Origin: Chrysomallon squamiferum
Lineage: Eukaryota; Animalia; Mollusca
DNA: 64,000 bases
Reading direction: 5' to 3'
Assembly: GCA_012295275.1 (NCBI GenBank)
Contig: CM022678.1
Location: forward strand, 19,592,001 to 19,656,000
Under the pieces are notes generated by a model. The model was not told the DNA's origin, did not search any database, and worked only from the letters and a program-made list of their open reading frames with translations. Positions within the stretch are counted from its first letter, which is position 1. Every line of letters starts with the position of its first letter. The position numbers and the translations under genes were made by a program. Shown one piece after another: positions 26,289 to 37,770 of this stretch.

Positions 26289-27509
26289 AAATAATAGTAA
26301 TAACAATAATCATAACAATAATAATAATAATTTAACAACATACCTGGTAGAGAAAAATGGTAAAGTTTTGAAATTCAGTTACTTTATTTAGTAAGGCACA
26401 TACAAAAAAAGAACATGGTAACCACTAGCAACACAGAATATACATCATTAGCAAATCTTCAGACAACTTTCTATAATAAAAACCCACAAACATTACAATC
26501 TGATAAAAAAAAAAAAAAAAAAAAATTATTATTACCATTATTATAATAACTAACAAACCAAATTACCATTTCACAATGATGTACAAAGCATTACCATTTG
26601 GTAATAAGAAAAAAAAGAGCTCACTACCCTCTGATGATATATTAAAATATTTCACCAACAGATAGCACAGTAATTTATCTCCCTTTAATCTGTACAAGCA
26701 AAATACCAAACATTTCTGTCGATTTGAAGAAAAAAAAAAAAAAAAAAAAAAATTCAGATATCAGTTTTACTATATAAGCATTTGATACTGTCTTTTTTCT
26801 TTCTTTTTTTTTTTTTCTGATATTTCCCTGAACAGATGAATATTCTTTCCAAAAATGCAACACAAAACAAAACAAAAATAAAATAAAAATATACATAATT
26901 CCTCTGAAAATTGGAAACATACAACTCACAAAAATTCTCAATTGTTAACTGTGTTATTTTAAAAAATATAATCAATTGGAATTTTCACATGATCAACCTG
27001 AGTAATTGTTGGTTTGGGTGATTTAAAAAAATTTCATACTGAATTTTAAAAAAAATATAACATGAAAATGTTAATATTTCAAACACAAAGTTAAAAATGT
27101 CTTTAACTTTGTCATTTAACAAGTGCAGCAATTTGTAAAACCTGTTCCATTCTGGTTTCCACTCAGCTGTAGTCACTGTACGATGAATATGTTACTTTAT
27201 ATAGGCATGCTAGGAATTGCCTGATTTGTGATTTTATGTTGTCAGCATTCTGGAAGTAATGTTTATTATCTGTTGTAGGTATTTGTATTGTTAATTATTT
27301 GTTATAGGTATTCTACAAAAAAGTATTAATTATTTGCTTTGGTGTGGCTTTGAAATTTTGAAAAATGTGAAGCTAAATATTACAATAATGTAATGCAAAA
27401 TATTAATGATTTCTAGAAATATGTGAAAAATGTTGAGGTTTATAGTGTAAAATACATTGTTCTTCTTGAAGATGTGTCAAAAAGAAAACTTCAAGAACCT
27501 TAGTGTAAA

Positions 27510-27631
27510 AATAATGTACATATTCTAGAAAATGTTTAAAAGTAATATAGTACATATTCTAGAAAATGTTTAAAAGTAATATAGTACATATTCTAGAAAA
27601 TGTTTAAAAGTAATATAGTACATATTCTAGA
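27510..27631. repeat. 34-bp tandem repeat (aatatagtacatattctagaaaatgtttaaaagt)
   Basis: About three near-perfect copies in the proximal 3'UTR of gene C. Confidence 0.9.
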
Positions 27632-27765
27632 GTATTTAGTGTGAAAATCAATATAGCCATTCTAGAAGACTTGTAGAAAGAAAAACATTAAGAATTCAAG
27701 AATATATTATAATGTAAAAAATAAAAAAAATGCATGCAGGCTTTTTGTTGAGATGTGAAGTATGT

Positions 27766-27886
27766 TTCATTGCAGGTGTTCCAGAATGTGCAGAGTAAAA
27801 TACATTCTGTCGTGACAGTCTTCATCGCAGGTGTTCCAGAATGTGCAGAGTAAAATACATTCTGTCGTGACAGTCTTCACCGCAGG
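27766..27886. repeat. 55-bp tandem duplication spanning the gene C stop codon
   Basis: gcaggtgttccagaatgtgcagagtaaaatacattctgtcgtgacagtcttca occurs twice at period 55. Confidence 0.95.
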
Positions 27887-30713
27887 TTGGACACATGAAG
27901 GGATGCTCTGCATCGTGGGCATGCAGTTTCTGGTGTATCCTGTACATCGCGTACTCAGAGAAGAAACACTCGCAGTGACTGCATCGGAACAGCCTGCCGG
28001 ACATCAGCAGACTCGACATGGACTCCTGCAGGTTGAGTTCAGTCGAGCCCAGGGATGGGCTGGACGTCTGGGAGCCTTCCAGTCCCACTGGACTCGTCCT
28101 GGATGATCCATCCAACAGTCCGCCTGGACTGGGCACTCTCGGGTTGAACTCCAGAAGAGTGGACACACTGAGAAGAGGTGGAGGCCGGTCGTAGCAGCAG
28201 AGATTCACCTGGACACCCACATCATTGACGTTGGCGTCGTTTACCGACCTGCTGCCGATGCTGATGGGAGAGTCGGGTTCGGGGTCGGAGATGTCATCGA
28301 TGTGCACGTCCTCCTGGAGTGCAGAGCTCTTGGACTTGCTTGGCTTGTCATGGATGCTGAGATTTAGAGCGTCAGCTTGCGGAGCCTGACTAGGAATAAA
28401 GGAAGAATAGCTGAATGGTGAGGTAGATGGGTAGGTGTAGTACATGCTCTGAGCCAGGTTCGACATGGTTGCCACAGAGGGTGCGTAACTGGTCAGCACG
28501 CTGTTGCCGATGTTGCCGGTGTTGTCGGGAGAGCTGTAGGGGAGAGTGTCATAGCTCAGCGAGCTGTCTGGAATAGCAGGAGGCTCCGGCAGCATTGACC
28601 TCGTACTCGTCACATCAGGGGAGGACGACTTGACCTTGACCCTGACCTGCTAACGCTGCTGCCTGCTGAGCAGACGTCTCCTTTTCTTCCTTCTTCGCTG
28701 CCTTTCGTTTCTGCAGGAAGAAATCCCAGACACTGTCGGAGAAGATTCCGTGTCGCCGGGCGTGTCTGCGGAGCGTGGAGCCGCGGGTGAACTTGGCTCC
28801 GCACACGTGGCACTGGTAGGGTTTGATGCCCTCGTGCAGCTTCATGTGAGACTTCATGTTGTTCTTGTAGCCGAACCGCTTCTTACACGTCGGACACTCG
28901 TATGGCTTCTGGTCGGCATGGATACGCTCATGGTACCGCATGAACGACTTCGGGAACACCTTCTCACACAGCTTGCACCACTCCTGCTCCGCGGAGTCGT
29001 CTTTCTTCAGCATCACCGCGGCAGCATCGTCATCTGGCTGCAGGTCGGTGCGACTCAGCGATCTGTCCGACACACTCAGGTAGTGCAGTGACTCCCTCTC
29101 CGACTTGGGCAAGTCGTGAGCGAGCAGGTGAGTTTTGAGCTCGTCCAGACTGACGATGTTTTTCCCGCAGTAGCGGCACAAACACGGCCCCTCCGTGTGC
29201 CGCCGTCTCATGTGCAGTCGCACGCTGTACTTGCGCGTGAATGACAGGCCGCAGATGGCGCAGACGTACGGCTTCTCGCCGATGTGGATGCGCTCGTGGC
29301 GACGCGCATCGACACCTTGACGAAGCGCTGCCCGCAGAAGCGGCAGGCATACGGCTTGAACTTGGTGTGCACCTGCTCGTGAGCGTGCAGCAGCCGCGCG
29401 GTCTCAAACACCTTCCCGCAGATACTGCACCTGTTGGCAAGAGAGTGCGCGTGACTGTGAGCGACCAGAGCCGAGCGTTTGTCACTTCGCGCCGAGCTCA
29501 CATCATCCTCCTGTTCTGCAGCAGTAGCAGTTTTACCCTGAGTTGATTGTTCGTAAGAAGCATTTCCTTTCCCTGAGTTAATAAAACAAGATGGCTGCTG
29601 ACTGTGATAGCCTGTGGCAGTGTTTTCGAGATCATTTTCGTCAGACCTGTAAACATCTGGTTCACCCGTATCGTCGCTCCCCGCGCAGGGAGCACTTTCT
29701 GCTGCCATGGATGTTGGTGATGACGACGACCTCCCCTGCGCTGTTGGAGAGAAAAGCAACCTTGCTGGTGTCTGTGCTGCTGAAGAATCGTATTCGGGAG
29801 TGAATCGCGTGGTGCTCACCTCCTCGCTCACACTGCGAGGTCCAGAGACACTAGACAACTCATCTCCCACTTCTTGTTTTATGTCCGCCAGGGAGTTGCG
29901 GTTGCTGTCCGAAGTCATCACTGTTGAGGTAGACGTGTAGGCTGGGGTAAACTGAGCGTAGTACTGAGTGTGCGGCGACAGTGACATTGGCGGTAACGAT
30001 GTGTTGGAGCAGTACGAGCTCAGCGATGTGTCTGAGAAGGAAGGCTTCATCGATGACGATGTGATGACGTTGGTCCCTGCATGTTCCGATGTCTTCATCA
30101 GACTCCCGGCAGCTCGAAGGAGCGGGCAGCGTTTCTCGTGGTACCGCCGGGTTGTCGACCGAGTGAAAACTTTCCCACAGTAGCTGCACATCCGCGACTT
30201 GCGCGGAAAGCCGTTCGACACGTAGCTGTACAGTTCGCTGCTGTAGTTGTAGTTGGGCATCGCCACACCGCTCAGTCCGTAAGGAAACTCCTGCATTCTG
30301 GAATAGCCAGCAATATTCAGCGATCCTGACTTAACACTTTCAGACAGTCTATTAAATCCTGCAACTGTGGCAGCAGCAGCAGCAGCAGCTGCAGCAGCTG
30401 CAGCAGACGTGGCTGTCGATGGCGACGACTTTGTCCCATTCTGTAAACTGGCGTAGAACTCGGAACTTTTCCTGCTCATGTCAGGAGGGTCATAAGGAAA
30501 CTCGGGACCTTTCGTAAAAGGTGCAGCAGGGGGAGACAACTTTGAGCTTGCTGCCACTTTAGCATAAGCAGTTGCTGTAGCAGGAGAGGAGTTGGTGACA
30601 GGAGCGTCGTACGGAAATGCTGGCAACGAGGAACCTGTCCCAGGTGGCGATACTGTGGTATACACTGGCATGATACGTCGAGAAGGGAGGTAATTCTTGT
30701 TAACGCCACTCAT
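27822..30713 (-). CDS. Gene C: ~963-aa zinc-finger transcription factor (1 C2HC + 7 C2H2 fingers + C-terminal Hunchback/Ikaros-type finger pair), interrupted by two 1-nt frameshifts
   Basis: ORFs 29208-30713, 28615-29223 and 27822-28613 join into one protein by adding a C at 29298-29299 (restores CRFCGQRFVKVSMRVAHERIHIGEKPY) and removing a C at 28618-28621 (VVLPDVTSTRS). HIGEKPY/HEGIKPY linkers, poly-Ala, IKQE SUMO-type motif, ALNLS CtBP-like motif (28356-28370). Confidence 0.9.
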
Positions 30714-30826
30714 AATCAGTGCGTGCAGTAGGGTAGAGTGATGAGGTAAGGTTTATCTGTGAGGTAGAGTTGAGGTAATCTGGATATTTGAGGTAACACT
30801 GAGCAGAGATTTTTCTTCACTGGAAC
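30714..30826 (-). other. 5'UTR part of the gene C coding exon
   Basis: Acceptor ttttttgtttcttccAG at 30828-30827; an in-frame TAA upstream of the ATG at 30713 supports that ATG as the start. Confidence 0.8.
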
Positions 30827-32234
30827 CTGGAAGAAACAAAAAACAACTGTCATGAGTATCATTATACAGCCAAACAAATATATATATATTCTGTAGCGTT
30901 GTACAGTTCTGTCAGAAATAACAATTATACATCACATTTTTTAAATACTTAGCAGATAAATACAGAAAACAAGATCATTATACATGCAGTAGATTTATAC
31001 AGCAAATTTTCAAATTAAGTAGCCTTGTATAGTTCTATTGGAAATAATATTATATAGCTAATCTTTAAAAACTATAGCATTGTACAATACTCTGAAAAAC
31101 ATTATCAGTGTACAGCAGATTTGTTAAGTTCTATCAAAAGCAGTATCATTCTATATCAAATGTTTAAATACTGTAATTTTCTACAGTACCATAAATACTG
31201 AATTATACAACAAACTTTTAAATGCAATTGAAAAAAATATACAATGTACAGCAAAATTTCAAATATTGAAATTGTACATTTGTCAAAAAAAATAAATAAA
31301 TCATTATATTAATATGTAGCAAATTTTAAAATTAACTGGCTTTGTTTGGTTAATATATTAAACCCTAGAATAGAAATGTAAGTACAATTTTGTATATATT
31401 TAAAACACGAGACGAGTTTTGTATTTGTTTTCAAAATATCCAATAAAAACTTTTGAGTACAGTAAAACTGACAATGTAATGAATACAGCATTAAACAAAA
31501 AATTCTGTAATCAATATCAAATAACTGAATTTACTAATACAGCATTGCTTTATAATTAACAACTGTTAAATACATTATTATTAAACATTTAATATACTTA
31601 ACACAGAATTTTCCTTACACAGAACAAGTTTTGCATCATATCTTATCCAGTATTGTACATACTGAATACAATATTTTTACAATATTAGCATATACTATTT
31701 TTATACCAATACAGTATTATGTCTGTAATACATTATTATTATTAAACAAAAATTATATTTTAAATACAGTATTTTAACATAAATACTGTTGACATCAAAA
31801 ACTTTTTTCACATCAATATTTATGTACCAAACAATATTCTTCCTACACCAACATCTTAACACAAACACTTACAAGGAATCCAGAACATTTTTCTGACATC
31901 CATAACGTGTTTATCAAACTCGTACAAAATATTTAACTTCTGTGAACTTGTATGCTAAGCTTTGCAACACAAAATTGGAGCTCAGAGAGAAACCATTCAT
32001 CCAAGAATGTTTTTGGATATAAAAATTACTGATTAAAAAACAGCAGAACTGCAACAATTAAATGAGCTAGGTAGGAAATGTCCACCCTTAAACAATGAAA
32101 GAATGAAATCTGTGAGCAGTGCATCTAAATATTACTCTGAGGTGAGACCCAGCTGACACAGGTAAACCTGTTTCCCCATAACAAACTGTCACATTGCACA
32201 CGTCCACAAGACACTGCACTGACAGACAACATCA

Positions 32235-32560
32235 ACGTCAACACCAGCTGATCAGCAATTTTTACGTGTTACAACAAACGCAAATTGATCAGCAATTTTT
32301 TTTACGTTACAATAAACACAAACTGATCAGTGATTTTGATGTGTTAAATAAACTGATCAGCGATTTTTATGTATTACAATAAACACAAACCTATCAGTGA
32401 TTTGTATGTGTTACAGACAACACAAACCGATCAATGATTTTTGTTACAACCAACTTCAACACAATCTAAACAATGTTTTATTTTTATGTTACAACAATCA
32501 GTGATTTTGACTGGTTTCAAATCTTAACCACAACATAAACAGATCAGTGATACAACAAAA
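32235..32560. repeat. ~34-bp degenerate minisatellite (acaaactgatcagtgatttt core)
   Basis: Tandem degenerate copies. Confidence 0.75.
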
Positions 32561-32577
32561 ATCAATCATGATTCAAA

Positions 32578-32968
32578 ATGATGTAATATTAACTACAAGT
32601 AGTAAAATATTGTTTCTTAAACCAGTGATGTAGTATTAACTAGAAATAGTCAAATATTGTGTTTATTAAGCTAGTGATGTAATATTAATCAGCAGTAGTT
32701 AAAAATTGTTTATTAAACCAGTGATGTAATATTAACTAGAAGTAGTTAAATATTGTGTTTATTAAACCAGTGATGTAATATTAATCAGCAGTAGTTAAAT
32801 ATTGTGTTTATTAAACCAGTGATGTAATATTAATCAGAAGTAGTTAAATATTGTGTTTATTAAACCAGTGATGTAATATTAATCAGCAGTAGTTAAATAT
32901 TGTGTTTATTAAACCAGTGATGTAATATTAATCAGAAGTAGTTAAATATTGTGTTTATTGAGCTAGTG
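32578..32968. repeat. 49-bp minisatellite (ttaaaccagtgatgtaatattaatcagaagtagttaaatattgtgttta)
   Basis: About eight copies, period 49. Confidence 0.95.
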
Positions 32969-33144
32969 ACAAGAGTTAAAGTATGGTGTGATGGCTAGAG
33001 CACAGTGTGCAATGTTGACAGACAGATGGACAGTTTGTTAGAGGGAAATTTCAGACATGCAGACTTTCTCCACAGTTGTCTGTGACAAGTTGATGTATGA
33101 CATTTTGTTTGCTTTCTCATTTATCTAAAACACTGTTAGTACTA

Positions 33145-33178
<34 letters not shown>

Positions 33179-33860
33179 AAGTGGTAAAAAATATGGCTGT
33201 TTTTGTTAAATTTGTTCTAAAAAGAACTCAGTAGAAAATAAATAAACTGGTAAATAAATATATAAATAAATAAATAAATATTATTTTTGTCTATTTAAAA
33301 CAACAAAGTACAATTTTGTTTTTAAAACACTTTAGAAAAGCTTTATATTTATTTTTAGAACATTACACAAACGAGTTTATTATTTTAAAAAACTGAAGAA
33401 TAGTTCTGCATTTATTTTTAAAATGTTAACTAAACATTTTTTTTAAATGTATTTTAAAATTCTGAAGAACACTGTTTTATGATAATTAAGTTCAGCTATG
33501 TATTTATATTAAAAATGTTCTATGTTACTTCATATTTGACTTTAACTTGTATACTTACACTAACACTATTACAACTTATATTCTAACAAACTCTTCAGTA
33601 CAAACTAAACTTTTTTTTTCACTAACTCTTACTAAATCTTCAACTACTGAAGCAGAAGAAATGTAATAACAATAATAATTATTATTATTATTATTTTTTT
33701 TCAGACTACTGGTACTGCTCCACTGAACTGCAGCTTGAAATGATAATAAAAATGTGTGAATACAACATCTATTAATCACACGGCATTCTTTACATCAGTG
33801 GTCGCAGTTACACTGACATATCTATATCAACATCGGCGAGCTGCCACACAACGTTGAATA

Positions 33861-33903
<43 letters not shown>

Positions 33904-34301
33904 GTGCGCTGGCTCTACCAGAAATAGCAACTCCATGCCTGCTGGCATTTTTATTTCTGCAGTGATGGATGTGTGTGGTGTTGCTGTTGCTGCTGCTGCC
34001 ACTATCAGTACAACCTGACCTCATTTACAAACCCAGTTCTGACAAGAGTCTCTCAACCTGGCTACAGTTCTAATTTTATATAACTCGGTTGTTTGTTGTT
34101 TCTGACATACATGAAGATGTGTAATTTATAAAATGTATAGTGTACAGATATATATATATATATACATACATGTGGTACTGATTTGTAGAAGAGGTTTGAG
34201 GTGTGCACATACACATATACATGATATCACATAATACACAGACAAATAAGATATACAAAACAGAAACATCCCATGTATATACACATTTACACTTAATATT
34301 A

Positions 34302-34335
<34 letters not shown>

Positions 34336-34974
34336 GGTATAGGTACTAATGAGAGAGAGAGACTTACGCACAAAAACACACACACCACATTTGTTATACA
34401 TTATTTTTAACAACACTGAAACAACATACTTTACAGATTCAAACACAAACATGAAAATATATACAGTTCTCATTTCAGTAACGGAATTACTAATCAAAGC
34501 ATTTCAATAATGAAATTTAATCTAAACACAATGACTTAATAAAAAGACATTATAATGTTAGTAATACAAGAAAGTGTATAAACTTCCATTTACACCAGTA
34601 TTACTAACATATATAAGTAACACATACTAATTTCTTCACAAACTTTATAAAAAATAAAAAAAATAAAGTTGTTACTTTGTTTAAACTACCCTATTTCAGT
34701 GTTACTGAACCAAGCTCTACTATTTAACCTAGTTATCAAACATGAGTAGAAACTGTGCTGGAAGTCAGCGTAAATGAACTGACAGCAGCAATGAAAATCT
34801 ACAGTGCACACTGGCAGTGTACAGCTGTTGGTTCACAAATATACACATTTCAACAGCAGTAAGCTAGAAGGAATTTTGGGTGAAACGATGTCATGGAATG
34901 AGGTTGTGTGAGGTCACGGGAAGCTGCTCCAGTTTTCTCTTGACTGCTTTGAAATACGACTGTGTGTCAGAGAA

Positions 34975-36005
34975 AACTGCATCAACGTATACAGTAAACA
35001 ACATCAACAGATATATAGTAAACTATCAGCTTGTGTAATAAACATCAACTGTTATAGTAAACTATATCAACGTTTATAGTATACAACATCAACTGATATA
35101 GTAAGCTGCATCAACATGTACAGTAAAAACATCAACTGATATAGTAAACTGCAACAACACGTGCAGTAAACAACATCAACTCATGTAGTAAGCTGCATCA
35201 ACGTGTACAGTAAACGACATCAACTGATATTTAGTAAACTATCAACTTGTATAGTAAACATCAACTGATGTAGTAAACATCAACTTATGTAGTAAACTGC
35301 ATCAACATGTGCAGTAAACAACATCAACTCATATAGTAAGCTGCATCAACGTGTACAGTAAACGACATCAACTGATATTTAGTAAACTATCAACTTGTAT
35401 AGTAAACATCAACTCATGTAGTAAACTGCATCAACGTGCAGTAAACAACATCAACTCGTAGTAAGCTGCATCAACGTGTACAGTAAACGACATCAACTGA
35501 TATTTAGTAAACTATCAACTTGTATAGTAAACATCAACTCATGTAGTAAACTGCATCAACATGCAGTAAACAACATCAACTGATGTAGTAAGCTGCATCA
35601 ACGTGTACAGTAAACGACATCAACTGATATAGTAAACCTCATCAATGTGCACAGTAAACAACATCAACTGATATAGTAAACTGCATCAATGTGCACAGTA
35701 AACAACATCAACTGATATACAGTAATCAACGTGTACAGCAAACATCAACTCATGTAGTTAACTGCAACAACGTGTACAGTAAACAACAACTGATATAGTA
35801 AACTATATCAACATGTGTAGTAAACAACATCAACTGTTATAGTAAATTATATCAAGTAAACAACATTAACTGATATATAGTAAACTATCAACTTGTATAG
35901 TAAACAACATCAACTGATACATAGTAAACTATCAACTGGTATAGTAAGCAGCATCAACTGATATAGTAAACTATATCAACATACCTAGTACACAATATCA
36001 ACTAG
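34975..36005. repeat. ~20-bp-unit minisatellite (catcaactgatatagtaaa) with higher-order structure
   Basis: About 1 kb of catcaac...agtaaa units. Confidence 0.95.
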
Positions 36006-37564
36006 TACATAAACAATATTGATCTAGACAATCTGCATCAACCATTAATAGTATCAGATAGAGTTTCTGCATCAATTTATCACTGATATAGAAGACTGCA
36101 TCAACAGTAATATTAAATAAATTACTTACTTCCAAGAGAAAAATTCAATAAATACCAAACCCTGTATTTATCTAAATGCAAATACATACCTATGTCAATT
36201 TAAGACAAATGCATGAATATATGTATTTAAATCTGTCTATATATTAAATTTAAAAAATAACAAAAACATTTTATATATTTGTAGCTATGTGAATATAATG
36301 GATTTGTATAAAAAAAATATTAAAAAATCCATTTTAATATATAATACAAAATAAAATTTAATACATTAACAAAACAAAAACAAATGTTTTAATCTATTAA
36401 ATAACATATAAGTATTTTAATATATATTTTTTTTTTTTTTTTTTTTTTTTTGTGGGTTTGGGGATTTTTTTTTTTAAATTATTGTTTCACGAAAGTTTTT
36501 AAGCATATATATATATTGATGACTTTTGTATTTAATTATTTATTTTCTTTCCTTTTTCTACTGGGGTCATCAGATTTGTTATTTTGGTAGCCATTACTGG
36601 CAAAAGTGATGAAAAAAATCTACAAATCACAAACACATGATATTTTTCAGCACTACCTCAGAATCCAGTTTTGCAATCAGTGTACAGGGTTATTGTAGTA
36701 ATTTTTTCTCTTTATTTTTTTTATTTTATTTCATATTTTTATTTTTATTTTATTACTTTTTTCTTTATTATTTTTTTATTATTATTATTTTTTTAAATTA
36801 CTGTATACCATGTCTCTTTAATTTAATTACTTTTTAATTTATTTAAAAAAAAAAATTTAAATTTATAATTATTGTCAACACTACTCTATAACTATAAAGA
36901 CAGATAACAACAAACTAATCGAGTGAAATAATATTACCTGTTTCATGCGTAGCTTGACTCGCAGTTTAATAAAACTCAACTAATCGCTATTAAAAACACA
37001 TAGCATTGGCAGCAACACGAAATTAAAATTTACATCATCACCAGAAATATGCACACAGTCTGCTGTTTAACATTCATATAAAATGCAAACATAAAAGACA
37101 TGCAAATGAAGATGATATAAAAACAGGGATGCAACGCAACCGTTTTAATCGCAAAATAATCTAGCGTCTGCGTAGCTAATTAACATGTGTAATGTGTACA
37201 TCTGACAGGTAAACAAACACAGGTGAGATAAATTTCAGAATAAATTGATCATCGTCAGATAACGCTTTTTTTTTTAAATTTTTATTAGTGGTATATCAAA
37301 TTAATTCATGTATGCAGCAGTCTGGTGGAATGTGACATCGGTTTAAAAGAGAGATTATGCAGAAACCGTGGGTGAACTGACGTATCGCATCACAAACAGT
37401 TGGATATCACAGACGTATCATGTGCTGTCAGAGCTGGACAGGGCAGCTGTTGGAGTTTTATTCCATCTAATAAATATTCAATCCATCAGTAATTGCAGAA
37501 TTAATTAAGCAAACTGTTTGCATTAAACATTTCTGAGAGCAAACAGCAGAAACAGACCAGAATC

Positions 37565-37770
37565 AGTTGACAGTGACAAGAGAATTTTGACAGTGTTTGA
37601 ATTGACAGTGTTGAGTGACAAGAGAATGGTGATAATGTTTATCAGTTGACAGTGACAAGAGAATGGTGACAGTGACAAGAGAATGGTGACAGTGTTGACA
37701 GTGACAAGATAATGCTGACAGTGTTGACAGTGACAAGAGAATGCTGACAGTGTTGATAGTGACAACAGTC
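37565..37770. repeat. TGACAG/TGACAA-rich minisatellite
   Basis: gttgacagtgacaagagaat units. Confidence 0.9.

Noticed and set aside
28618-29320. Introns bypassing the frameshifts
   Set aside because: Finger 3 spacing leaves no room for an intron, and a large intron would delete intact fingers and lacks a polypyrimidine tract.
29285-29325. Programmed -1 frameshift as the explanation of the first break
   Set aside because: No X-XXY-YYZ slippery heptamer, and the break falls in a finger helix; a dropped C is simpler.
27831-30329. Plus-strand and alternative-frame ORFs overlapping gene C
   Set aside because: Shadows of GC-rich coding sequence with no domain signal; the same applies to the ORFs overlapping gene B.
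27822-30713. Naming gene C hunchback or Ikaros
   Set aside because: Only the C-terminal finger pair resembles them; orthology cannot be established by eye.
30755-30800. A let-7 gene on the plus strand
   Set aside because: Only the first 8 nt match mature let-7 and no complementary star arm is visible.
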